Assembly (NCBI GenBank): GCA_944387375.1
Contig: CALXEQ010000003.1
Coordinates: 69,942 to 133,941, forward strand
Direction of reading: 5' to 3'
Source of the DNA: an uncultured Clostridia bacterium
GTDB taxonomy: Bacteria; Bacillota; Clostridia; TANB77; CAG-465
Length of the DNA: 64,000 nt
The notes beneath the pieces were generated by a model that searched no databases, was not told where the DNA came from, and saw nothing but the letters and a program-made list of their open reading frames with translations. Positions 19,925 through 29,396 of this stretch are shown here, in pieces. Made by a program: the position numbers and the translations under genes. Position 1 is the stretch's first letter, and the number at the start of each line of letters is the position of its first letter.

Positions 19925-19953
19925 TTGATTTTTATAAAATAATATTATATAAT
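19925..19953 (+). promoter_or_regulatory. near-consensus sigma-A promoter TTGATT-17-TATAAT
   Basis: ttgatt at 19925-19930, 17-nt spacer, tataat at 19948-19953. The RBS AGAGGTGG follows immediately. Confidence 0.5.
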
Positions 19954-19963
19954 ATTAGTAGAG

Positions 19964-21172
19964 GTGGTATTCGTGTTAATAAGAAAAAAATATTTAAATC
20001 AACTTATTGATGGAAAAGATCTAAATTTAATAAAAGTAATAACCGGCGTAAGAAGATGTGGGAAAAGTACATTATTATTACAATATAAAGATTATTTAAT
20101 ATCTCAAAATATCCCTGATGAAGACATTATATATATGAATTTTGAAAGTGCAAAATGGTACGATATTAAAGACTATAAAGACTTATATAATTACATAAAG
20201 AAAAATGTAAAGAATCAAAATAAAAAATATATACTGTTAGATGAAGTACAAAATGTAGAAAAATGGGAAAAAGCAGTAAATTCGCTACTTGTAGATATAA
20301 ATTCTGATATTTATATTACAGGCTCTAATGCTTATCTTCTATCAAGTGAACTTACAACTTTACTAGCAGGAAGAGTACTTACAATAAAAATATATCCTTT
20401 TTCTTATAAAGAGTTTCTTGAAGAATATTCATTTAAAAATGATGAAGATAAATTTGAAAAATTTGATAAATATTTAAAATATGGTGGAATGCCTATGATT
20501 GTAAATATGAAAGATAATGAAAATTTAATATTAAATTATCTTAGTGATTTAAAAGAAGTGGTTTTAAAAAAAGATGTTATTAATAGAAATAAAATAAAAG
20601 ATGTTGTTTTTCTAGATAATTTAATAAAATATATGTCTACAGTAATAGGTAATTTAACAACACCTAATGCTATTGCTGAATTTATGAAGAAAAATGGCAC
20701 TAATATTTCAAATGAGACTGTAGATTCATATCTAAATATGCTTGAAAATGCATATTTTATATATAGAGTTCCTAGATACGAATTAAAAGGAAAGCAACTT
20801 TTAAAAACTCAAGGTAAATATTATTTTATAGATAACGGATTAAAAAATATAATCGCTGGTATATCTTCATATGATACTGGTAGTAGCTATGAGAACTTAA
20901 TATATATTGAACTACTACGTAGAGGTTATGAAGTATATGTTGGACAATATAATGATATAGAAATAGATTTTATCGCTATAAAGCCGAATGAAATAGTATA
21001 CTATCAAGTAGCTAGAAGTATTATGGATGAAAAAGTTGAAGAAAGAGAAAAAAAATCATTACTAGCAATAAATGATAATTATAAAAAGGTAATACTAACA
21101 ATGGATAATGTAAAAAATAAGCAAATTGATGGAATTGAAGTAATAAATATAATTGATTTTCTAATGGAATAA
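19964..21172 (+). CDS. AAA+ superfamily ATPase, DUF4143 family (COG1373-like)
   Basis: P-loop GVRRCGKST, Walker B ILLDEVQ, C-terminal DUF4143-like region. Start is GTG at 19964 or 19973. Confidence 0.75.
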   Translation: MVFVLIRKKYLNQLIDGKDLNLIKVITGVRRCGKSTLLLQYKDYLISQNIPDEDIIYMNFESAKWYDIKDYKDLYNYIKKNVKNQNKKYILLDEVQNVEKWEKAVNSLLVDINSDIYITGSNAYLLSSELTTLLAGRVLTIKIYPFSYKEFLEEYSFKNDEDKFEKFDKYLKYGGMPMIVNMKDNENLILNYLSDLKEVVLKKDVINRNKIKDVVFLDNLIKYMSTVIGNLTTPNAIAEFMKKNGTNISNETVDSYLNMLENAYFIYRVPRYELKGKQLLKTQGKYYFIDNGLKNIIAGISSYDTGSSYENLIYIELLRRGYEVYVGQYNDIEIDFIAIKPNEIVYYQVARSIMDEKVEEREKKSLLAINDNYKKVILTMDNVKNKQIDGIEVINIIDFLME

Positions 21173-21354
21173 ATTAAACTTAACAATACACATTACATAA
21201 AGTTTATATTTTTGTTGCAATTTTAAATATTATATTGTATAATATTTATATATGTGTTTTTAAATTAAATGATTTTTTAGTTATTTTTCCATTGTACAAA
21301 TAACTAAAAGAAGAAGCTATCATATTTTACATATGGTAGCTTCTATTTTTTATA

Positions 21355-24300
21355 CTATTTTGCAACTTCTACATCTAAGTTCATATGTTCTCCATTAATA
21401 TTTGTATCAGTATAGGTATCTCTTTTTCCATTATACTCAATATTTAAAGCTAAAGTTTCTCTTTTTATTTCATCAGCATATTTTTTAACAACTTCTTCTA
21501 ACATATCATTACCTGATACATAAAGATTTATTTTATCTAGTACTTCAAATCCTTTATCTTTTCTCATGTTTTGTACTTTAGATAGTATTTCTCTTAAATA
21601 TCCTTCTTCTTTAAGTTCTGGTGTAATAGTTGTATCTAATACTACACCTACTTCTCCCTCACCTGCAAATGCATATCCTTCTTTACCTTGCATAGTAATT
21701 AACAAATTATTTGAATCTAAAGCTATTTCTGTATCATCTACAAATATTGTTTCTACTTTTCCAGCCTTTACTTTATTTGCTAGATCCATTTGATTCATTT
21801 TAGCAAGCTCTTCTTTTATCTTTGGAATTAATCTTCCATATTCTTTTCCAAGTACTGGTAAATTTGGTTTTATTTCAAAATTTACATACTCAGACATATC
21901 TGCACCTAATACAACTTCTTTTACATTTAATTCATCTTTTACTATATTACCATAATACTCTGGTAAAGTATCTACAGATATTAGCATTTTAGATAAAGGT
22001 TGTCTATTTTTAATATTTTCAGAATTTCTTGCACTTCTTCCAAGTTTTACTATTTTATATGCTAAATCCATCTCTTTTTCAAGTTGTAAATCTATTTCTT
22101 TATCATTTACTTCTGGCCAATAACATAAATGTACACTTTCTGGAGCACTACTATCCAATCCATAAACTAGATTTTGATATATTTCATCTGTAATAAATGG
22201 TACAAATGGTGCTGCAACTTTTATTAGTGCTGTCAAGACTCTATATAAAGTAACATATGCACCTATTTTTTCATCTGTTAAATCTTGAGCCCAAAATCTT
22301 TCTCTATTTCTTCTTACATACCAGTTAGATAACTCATCTGTAAAGTCCTCAATTAAATAACCTGCACCAGTTATATCATATTTTTCTAATTTCTCATCAA
22401 CTGTTTTTACAAGTGTATTTAATTTAGAAATTATCCATCTATCCATAACATTTTCAGATTTAAAATCTTTATACTCTAATGGATTAAAATTATCTATCTG
22501 TGCATATAAAACATAGAATGAATATACATTCCATAAAGTACTTAAAAATCCTCTTTGACTTTCTTGTACGTTTTCAATAGATAATCTTGATGAAATCCAA
22601 GGAGCACTTCCTGTATAAAAATACCATCTTGTAGCATCTGCTCCAACTGTATTTAATAATACTAATGGATCTACACCATTTTTCTTAGATTTAGACATCT
22701 TCTGTCCTTTTCCATCTAAAACATGTCCAAGTACAATACAATTTTCAAAAGGTATTTTATTAAATAAAGCTGTACCTACTGCTGTTAACGTATAAAACCA
22801 TCCTCTTGTTTGATCTATAGCTTCAGAAATAAATTGTGCTGGGAAATTATTTTTAAACATTTCTTGATTTTCAAATGGATAATGCCACTGTGCAAAAGGC
22901 ATTGAGCCAGAATCAAACCAACAATCAATAACTTCTTTTGCTCTTTTCATTTTCTTTCCACATTTTGGACATTTTAAATATACATTATCTATATATGGTT
23001 TATGCAATTCTATATTTTCTGGAACATCTATTCCTTTTTCTTTTAGTTCTGCAATAGAGCCTATACATTCTCTATGTCCACAAGACTCATCTTCACAAGT
23101 CCAAATTGGAAGTGGTGTTCCCCAATATCTGTCCCTTGATATTCCCCAATCAATTACATTTTCTAAGAAATTACCAAATCTACCTTTTTTAATATTTTCA
23201 GGATACCAATTAACTTTATCGTTATTTTCAACTAAGTTATCTCTTAATTTACTCATCGCAACAAACCAACTTTCTTTTGGATAATACAAAAGTGGTGTAT
23301 CACATCTCCAACAATGTGGATATGAGTGAACATGTCTTTCCTTTGCAAACAATTTGTTTTCATCTTCTAACCATTTGCAAATATCTACATCACAATCTCT
23401 TACAAATCTGCCCTTCCAAGGTTTTACATCATCTACAAATTTTCCTTCTTTATCTACTAAATTAACAAAGGCTATTCCATTTTGCTTAGATACTAAACTA
23501 TCATCCTCACCATAAGCCGGAGCAATATGTACTATTCCTGTTCCATCACTAAGTGATACATAATCTCCATGAATTATTACAAAGGCTTTACCATCAACTT
23601 TAGCAAAAGGCATTAATTGCTCATATTCTTTTCCTAAAAGTTCACTTCCTTTATATACATTTAATACTTCATATTCTTTATCTTTTAAAACTATATCAAC
23701 TAAATCTTTTGCAAGTACATATACTTCATATTTATCTTCATCCACTTTTACCTTTACATCACAATAGTCATATGCTTTGTTTACACATAAAGCAAGATTT
23801 GAAGGTAGAGTCCATGGAGTTGTTGTCCATGCAAGTACATATTTATCTTCATTTTTTAATTTAAATTTTGCTATGCAAGTTAAATCTTTTACATCTTTAT
23901 ATCCTTGTGCTACTTCATGAGAAGATAGAGCTGTACCACATCTTGGACAATATGGCATAACTTTATGTCCCTCGTATAGAAGTCCTTTATTCCACATTTC
24001 CTTTAAAGCCCACCAAACAGACTCAATATATTCATTATAATATGTTACATATGGATGCTCCATATCTACCCAGTATCCAACTTTATTTGTCATTTCTTCC
24101 CATTCATGAACATATTTAAATACACTTTCTTTACATTCTTTTACAAATTTTTCTACTCCATATTCTTCTATTTGCTCTTTTCCAGAAATTCCTAACTTTT
24201 TCTCTATTTCAAGTTCAACAGGTAAACCATGTGTATCCCAACCAGCTTTTCTTATTACTTGATACCCTTTCATTACCTTATACCTAGGAATTATATCTTT

Positions 24301-24492
24301 CATAACTCTTGTTATGATATGACCAGCATGTGGCATACCATTTGCTGTTGGAGGCCCATCATAAAAAGTAAAATATCTTTTACCTTTATTCATATCAAAA
24401 TTCTTTTTTATAATATTTTTCTCTTTCCAGACTTCAGCCATTTCATGTTCCATTCCAACAAAACCATTTTTTAGTTCAACTTTTTTATACAT
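21355..24492 (-). CDS. ileS: isoleucine--tRNA ligase IleS
   Basis: HIGH motif [17 protein letters not shown] motif. Length and overall similarity typical of type 2 IleS. Start ATG at 24492 with RBS GAAAGGAG. The track's TTG start at 24516 is rejected. Confidence 0.95.
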   Translation of the reverse strand: MYKKVELKNGFVGMEHEMAEVWKEKNIIKKNFDMNKGKRYFTFYDGPPTANGMPHAGHIITRVMKDIIPRYKVMKGYQVIRKAGWDTHGLPVELEIEKKLGISGKEQIEEYGVEKFVKECKESVFKYVHEWEEMTNKVGYWVDMEHPYVTYYNEYIESVWWALKEMWNKGLLYEGHKVMPYCPRCGTALSSHEVAQGYKDVKDLTCIAKFKLKNEDKYVLAWTTTPWTLPSNLALCVNKAYDYCDVKVKVDEDKYEVYVLAKDLVDIVLKDKEYEVLNVYKGSELLGKEYEQLMPFAKVDGKAFVIIHGDYVSLSDGTGIVHIAPAYGEDDSLVSKQNGIAFVNLVDKEGKFVDDVKPWKGRFVRDCDVDICKWLEDENKLFAKERHVHSYPHCWRCDTPLLYYPKESWFVAMSKLRDNLVENNDKVNWYPENIKKGRFGNFLENVIDWGISRDRYWGTPLPIWTCEDESCGHRECIGSIAELKEKGIDVPENIELHKPYIDNVYLKCPKCGKKMKRAKEVIDCWFDSGSMPFAQWHYPFENQEMFKNNFPAQFISEAIDQTRGWFYTLTAVGTALFNKIPFENCIVLGHVLDGKGQKMSKSKKNGVDPLVLLNTVGADATRWYFYTGSAPWISSRLSIENVQESQRGFLSTLWNVYSFYVLYAQIDNFNPLEYKDFKSENVMDRWIISKLNTLVKTVDEKLEKYDITGAGYLIEDFTDELSNWYVRRNRERFWAQDLTDEKIGAYVTLYRVLTALIKVAAPFVPFITDEIYQNLVYGLDSSAPESVHLCYWPEVNDKEIDLQLEKEMDLAYKIVKLGRSARNSENIKNRQPLSKMLISVDTLPEYYGNIVKDELNVKEVVLGADMSEYVNFEIKPNLPVLGKEYGRLIPKIKEELAKMNQMDLANKVKAGKVETIFVDDTEIALDSNNLLITMQGKEGYAFAGEGEVGVVLDTTITPELKEEGYLREILSKVQNMRKDKGFEVLDKINLYVSGNDMLEEVVKKYADEIKRETLALNIEYNGKRDTYTDTNINGEHMNLDVEVAK

Positions 24493-24750
24493 AAAAACTT
24501 CTCCTTTCTGATACAAGAATAAATAATTATAAAAAAACGCACATACCTGTATATAAGGAATGTACGATTATATCTAAAATATAATATATACAAAATAATA
24601 ACCACCTTAATATACAACATACCATCATATGTGCCCTTTATAACGTAAGGAATACGGCTCAGCTTACTATTAATTCAGCCTGCAACTCAGAGGTGATTTT
24701 CATATAAAACTAATCTAAATGAGCTCACACCATCCTCATCTCGCTTGATA
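24493..24750 (-). promoter_or_regulatory. candidate T-box riboswitch leader of ileS (Ile specifier AUC)
   Basis: A leader of about 250 nt containing a terminator and a partial T-box-like UUAAGGUGGU segment. It has GAAAAUCA (AUC + purine) in a possible specifier loop and AGUAAGCUGAGCC resembling stem I distal elements. Firmicute ileS genes are normally T-box controlled. The ACCGCG part of the T-box consensus was not found. Confidence 0.35.
24531..24566 (-). terminator. intrinsic terminator inside the ileS leader (attenuator)
   Basis: Minus-strand RNA CGUACAU-loop-AUGUGCG (7 bp, one G-U pair) followed by UUUUUUU, about 40 nt upstream of the ileS RBS. Confidence 0.45.
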
Positions 24751-25027
24751 TTTCATTTTATATTACTCTTCCTCGTCATAGTTTTTGTTAATTATTATTT
24801 ATTCTATCTTTTTAACTTCTATCATTATACCATATCCAAACTTTCTTGTAAAGTACTAATTTTAGCATTTGCAATTATTTATGTTTCAATTATATTTTTA
24901 AACAATTTCATAAATATTACGTTTTTATCTTTTTCGACTTTTTTAAACAAAAACTATTGCAAAGTGAAAAATCGTGTGGTATATTATAGTCATCATCTAT
25001 TTTAATACCTTTCATTTTAGATTGGTT

Positions 25028-25048
25028 CCCACTAGTTTTACTAGTGGG
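25028..25048 (+). terminator. hairpin CCCACTAGT-ttt-ACTAGTGGG
   Basis: 9-bp perfect inverted repeat. The downstream plus-strand sequence is moderately T-rich. Confidence 0.3.
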
Positions 25049-25077
25049 ACTTAATTTTAAAAATTCTCATTAAAAAA

Positions 25078-25100
25078 TTACTAGTCAATTTGACTAGTAA
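25078..25100. terminator. bidirectional intrinsic terminator TTACTAGTCA-att-TGACTAGTAA
   Basis: 10-bp perfect inverted repeat flanked by T-runs on both strands. Lies directly after the stop of the 25107-26132 gene. Confidence 0.5.
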
Positions 25101-25106
25101 TTTTTA

Positions 25107-26132
25107 TTATTCTATAATCATATTTGCATTATATTTTACATCTTCATTTAGTCTAGTTGCTGCAGCTTTATTTTCGCCAGGTTTTAATATATCTAATGGT
25201 TTAGTAACCACTTTATATTTCTTTCCATCTTTTTCAAGCTCGAATACACTTATGCTATTTTCTAAAGTTTCTTCTAAATGTCTTAATTCAGTTGTAAAAT
25301 ACATTTCTTCATCTTTTAAAAACATTCCAACTTTTTTAATAATTCTAAACATTTCTGCAATATGTTGTATATCTTCCCCAACAAATACAACTTGTGGCTT
25401 TTCTGCAAAACCAGCATCATTTTTTACAAAATTTTCGTAAAAATCTGAATATAATTGTACTTTCTCTGCAAACATATTTTGCCAATCATCATTTCTTCTT
25501 ACTACTTCAAATACAAAATCTACTTCTTTATTATCTTGTTTTAATGTAACCATTCCACCTGTTGGTTTAAATTTTACATTATATTTTTTTGAATATAGTA
25601 GTATATTAGGATTTGCTCTTACAAATGCTCCTACTTTTTGCATATATGCAATTATTACCTGATTTCCTGCAAGTTTTCTTTTTACAGCAAAAGCAGGCTT
25701 TGTATTTTCTGTAGGTTGCCATGTTGTTGGAATATTTCTTTGCTTTAATATATATGTAGCTATTTTGTCTATGCAATATGCTCTATATGAGCTTTTTCCA
25801 GTTTCACTTTGGAAAAAATATCTTGCAATAACTTTAGACTTTGTTAAATCTTCTAACCATTTTGCTACTTTAGTTTGTCTTTTTTCAACTTCGATATCAT
25901 TTAATTTGCCTCTAAGTTCAAGTACTTGTGTTACTTGTCTTGATGTAACATAACCAAACTCATTGACAACTTCTAGGGCATCAATATGAGATTCATTAAT
26001 ATATCCCATATCCATTTTAAAAACTACTTGATTTATTGATGCAAAGCCCTCTTTACCATCATATACTTTTTTCTCATCTTGCCTTACAGCAAAAGGAGAT
26101 ATAGCAGTTTTTACTTCTTTATCATTTACCAT
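25107..26132 (-). CDS. hypothetical protein (341 aa), last gene of the T4SS-like block. Possibly a replication/relaxation-type mobile-element protein.
   Basis: Strong RBS AAGGAGAGA. Has its own upstream 200-nt intergenic region. No HUH or Walker motifs found. The function call is speculative. Confidence 0.55.
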   Translation of the reverse strand: MVNDKEVKTAISPFAVRQDEKKVYDGKEGFASINQVVFKMDMGYINESHIDALEVVNEFGYVTSRQVTQVLELRGKLNDIEVEKRQTKVAKWLEDLTKSKVIARYFFQSETGKSSYRAYCIDKIATYILKQRNIPTTWQPTENTKPAFAVKRKLAGNQVIIAYMQKVGAFVRANPNILLYSKKYNVKFKPTGGMVTLKQDNKEVDFVFEVVRRNDDWQNMFAEKVQLYSDFYENFVKNDAGFAEKPQVVFVGEDIQHIAEMFRIIKKVGMFLKDEEMYFTTELRHLEETLENSISVFELEKDGKKYKVVTKPLDILKPGENKAAATRLNEDVKYNANMIIE

Positions 26133-26300
26133 TTTTCATCTCTCCTTAAATTTAATTTTGAAATTTTTTGGCCAATCTAGTATAGTTTACTAGAGATAAT
26201 TAAATATCCATTCATATATAATTATCACTAGTATTATATCTCATATGTAAACTTAATGCAACATAATAGTATAATTTATTTAAAAATCATCTTTTTATTT

Positions 26301-26333
26301 CAAAAAAAATACAATCTAGAAAACCTAGACTGT
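26301..26333 (-). terminator. intrinsic terminator after the S1-domain gene
   Basis: Hairpin acaatctag/ctagactgt (one mismatch), then UUUUUUUUG on the minus strand. Confidence 0.4.
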
Positions 26334-26336
26334 ATC

Positions 26337-27158
26337 TTAACCTATAATAATTAATTTTACCTTTTTTCTTTCAAGATTAATTCTTCTAATACTAACTAAT
26401 ACATTTTGTCCATATTCAATTCCATTTACATGATCAGCTATTCCAAGTACATTAGGTGCTATTTCAACAAACACACCTGTTTTTATTGAATTACGGACAA
26501 TTCCTTCTACAATATCTCCTTCTTTAAATTTTTTTATATTATCATCAAATGTTCCTAAAAGCTCTTTACAAGAAAGTTCTATTCTACCTGTATCTCTATC
26601 ATACTTCTTTACAAGTACTTCTATTCTTTGCCCTATTTTAAACATATCTGAAGCATTGTTTAGCATTGTATCTGACATATCATGTATTTTTAAAATACCT
26701 GTTACGCCACCACCTACATCAACAAAAGCAGCATAGTCTTTAAGTCCTACAACAACACCTCTTAATTTCATACCTGGTTTTAAATACTTATACATCCATC
26801 TTCTTACCTTAAGCTCTAATATTCTCTTAGACATAATAAGCTCAAACCCATCTTCAGTTTTTATTATTTCTTTTATACACACAGGTATTACTTTTCCCTT
26901 TTTATTTAATATAAATTTTTCTTCAACTAATCCGTCATCTCCAACAACACTAGACGCCTCATCTCTTGGAATAATAGCTTTTATATCTTTTCCAACTTTT
27001 CCAACCATATTTAAGCTTTCATCAATATCCTCAATGTACATATCTAATACTTGCTGTGATTCTTTTATTTCTTGTAAAGTCTTTTCATTTAAAACAATTT
27101 TCTTATTATCTTTTTTACTTTTTTTAATATTTTTTGAATTCTTTTTATTATTTTCCAT
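26337..27158 (-). CDS. tandem S1 RNA-binding domain protein with Lys-rich N-terminus
   Basis: Two S1-like OB segments: GMKLRGVVVGLKDYAAFVDVGGGVTGILKIHDMSD... and EGDIVEGIVRNSIKTGVFVEIAPNVLGIADHVNG... Confidence 0.7.
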   Translation of the reverse strand: MENNKKNSKNIKKSKKDNKKIVLNEKTLQEIKESQQVLDMYIEDIDESLNMVGKVGKDIKAIIPRDEASSVVGDDGLVEEKFILNKKGKVIPVCIKEIIKTEDGFELIMSKRILELKVRRWMYKYLKPGMKLRGVVVGLKDYAAFVDVGGGVTGILKIHDMSDTMLNNASDMFKIGQRIEVLVKKYDRDTGRIELSCKELLGTFDDNIKKFKEGDIVEGIVRNSIKTGVFVEIAPNVLGIADHVNGIEYGQNVLVSIRRINLERKKVKLIIIG

Positions 27159-27313
27159 AGTTTTAGTAAATTATTACCTTTTCCCTCCTATCTTATTTAA
27201 ATAATCATATATCATTATTATATAATATTTACATTTTTTATGCAATATATAATTATAATGTTTAAGAAGGAAAAAATACAAGGTAATAAATTACCTTGTA
27301 TTTTTTACACCAT

Positions 27314-28249
27314 TTACTCCTCTATAATTTTATAAGTATATTCAATTACATTTTTTACATTTACTTGAATTTTTAAGTCACTTTTATCAAAATAAAAAGT
27401 ATATATATTTGTATCTGATTGAGCATCAAAAATACAATTGTCTGAATTTAATAAAAATATCTCATTTTTATTAGATTTTATAAATTCTTTAAAGTCATGT
27501 ATGTTTCTATATTTAGTCATTTTACAATTTAAATCTAATAATTCATATGCTCTCTCTTGATTATAATTAAAATCTTCTTTAATTTGATTTAAAATATCCT
27601 CTAAATAATCTTGAAATCTTGCATTATATGCTCCAAATATGTTATTAACTTGATTTTCTATTTTATCTGGAAATTGTATTTCTACTTTCTCATCCTCTTT
27701 TAATTCAAAAACACTTTTATCATCTATATATTCTGTTGGTAATAAATTAAAAGTTTTATTAATATCATCTTGTTTTACTATCATAGAAAAGTAATTATGC
27801 TCATTAGATTTTAAATTTCTTAGATTTCCTTTTACAAAATATATATACATATTATTATCTTTATTTCTTGCAACTAAAATATTCTCTATATTTAAGTCAA
27901 AATCATCTTTATAAGTCATTAATGGCAAAATATCATTAATAAGTATATTTTTACTTTCTAGATATTCTTTATCAATTAAATTATATACATTTTGTAAATA
28001 ATAATCTTTATCATCTTGTAAAGTACTAGAATTATAACTTGTAATGCTATAATAATACTTTAAAATGCATGATTTTAATATATAGTACTCTTCTATATTA
28101 TTAATCTTTTGCAATGAAATTTTCGTTTCTTCTGTATCAGCATACTCATCAGATTTTACTATATCATCGTTCTTATCAAAAAATGCAACGGTACTTACCA
28201 CAACAATAATTATAATAATTAATATTATAAAAATATAAAATCTCTTCAT
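27314..28249 (-). CDS. membrane-anchored protein, paralog A (T4SS block)
   Basis: N-terminal TM. Shared motifs with the next gene: YFVKGNLRN/YFVKGVIRN, ERAYELLD/DRAYEYLN, EFIKSNKNE/SFIDSNKNN. RBS AAAGGAGGAG. Confidence 0.6.
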   Translation of the reverse strand: MKRFYIFIILIIIIIVVVSTVAFFDKNDDIVKSDEYADTEETKISLQKINNIEEYYILKSCILKYYYSITSYNSSTLQDDKDYYLQNVYNLIDKEYLESKNILINDILPLMTYKDDFDLNIENILVARNKDNNMYIYFVKGNLRNLKSNEHNYFSMIVKQDDINKTFNLLPTEYIDDKSVFELKEDEKVEIQFPDKIENQVNNIFGAYNARFQDYLEDILNQIKEDFNYNQERAYELLDLNCKMTKYRNIHDFKEFIKSNKNEIFLLNSDNCIFDAQSDTNIYTFYFDKSDLKIQVNVKNVIEYTYKIIEE

Positions 28250-28399
28250 ATAATCTCCTCCTTTATTAAAATTTAGATTTATTATATTAATGTATTATAT
28301 ATTTTATCACAAAAAATTTATCTAGTCAATTATGTAAACATCATGCAAATAAAAAATGGAAGAATTTATATTCTTCCATTAATTAAATTTTATTATAAA

Positions 28400-29380
28400 C
28401 TATATTAAAGATATACTATAATTTAGCTCTGAATAATTATTGCAATATAAAGATATACAATATGTATCAGTTTGATCATAGCAATCCAAAATCATAACTC
28501 CATCTTCATATCTTATTTCATATGTTGAAAATAACATAAAGTACATATTATTTTTATTAGAATCTATAAAACTCTTAAACTCATCAATTGTTTTAAATTC
28601 ATTGGATTTTGCTTGTTCATTAAGATATTCATAAGCTCTATCAATATCATAAAGTAATATTGTTTTTACATTATCAAATCTATACTCAGCAATATCTTCA
28701 ATAGTAGTCGAACTAGAACTAAATTTATTATAGTCTCTATTTTCTACAGACTGTGGTATATCAAAATTTATTTCTTCACCTTCTTTTAAACCATTAAAAT
28801 CAACATCAGCTAAATAATCTCCTAAATACACTTCAAAAGAGCTAGTTGTATTATCTAAAGTTAAAATCATATTAAAGTCTATACCATCATATGTCTCTGT
28901 ATTTCTTATAACACCTTTAACAAAATATGCAGTAACTAATCCAAAATCCTCAGGATTTTCTTCATACTTACTCAAAGAATATACTTCATATAATTCAATC
29001 TTGAAATTCTCTATATATTCTATATTAGAAGTAACATTTTCTTGAGTAATTCCAAGCTTATTAATATAATCAGGTGATAATAAATTATATGTGACATCTC
29101 TATAAAAACTGTCTGTACTATTAGGAGAAGATATTCCATTATAATACAAATAAAATTTTTGTACACAGTTTTTTACTAAATTTAAAGTAGCATATCCTTC
29201 TATTTTTTGTAATTTATTGTTTTCAGAATTTATTATCTCAACATCTGCCTCTCTTAATTCAGTATCACTATAACTGTTATCATTTTCATTAATATTACTT
29301 ACAACTTTAAATATAATTATAATAACAATTATAAAAAGCAACAATATTATTCCAAATATAATTTTTTTATTTTTATACAT
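28400..29380 (-). CDS. membrane-anchored protein, paralog B (T4SS block)
   Basis: See paralog A. Start probably ATG at 29380 (MYKNKKIIFG). Confidence 0.55.
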   Translation of the reverse strand: MYKNKKIIFGIILLLFIIVIIIIFKVVSNINENDNSYSDTELREADVEIINSENNKLQKIEGYATLNLVKNCVQKFYLYYNGISSPNSTDSFYRDVTYNLLSPDYINKLGITQENVTSNIEYIENFKIELYEVYSLSKYEENPEDFGLVTAYFVKGVIRNTETYDGIDFNMILTLDNTTSSFEVYLGDYLADVDFNGLKEGEEINFDIPQSVENRDYNKFSSSSTTIEDIAEYRFDNVKTILLYDIDRAYEYLNEQAKSNEFKTIDEFKSFIDSNKNNMYFMLFSTYEIRYEDGVMILDCYDQTDTYCISLYCNNYSELNYSISLI

Positions 29381-29396
29381 AATATTCACCAACTTT

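Noticed and set aside
24745-25005. 86-aa plus-strand ORF between ileS and the T4SS block
   Set aside because: It is highly hydrophobic, has AT-codon composition and no RBS. It lies over the ileS promoter and leader region on the opposite strand. It is most likely a chance ORF in AT-rich intergenic DNA.
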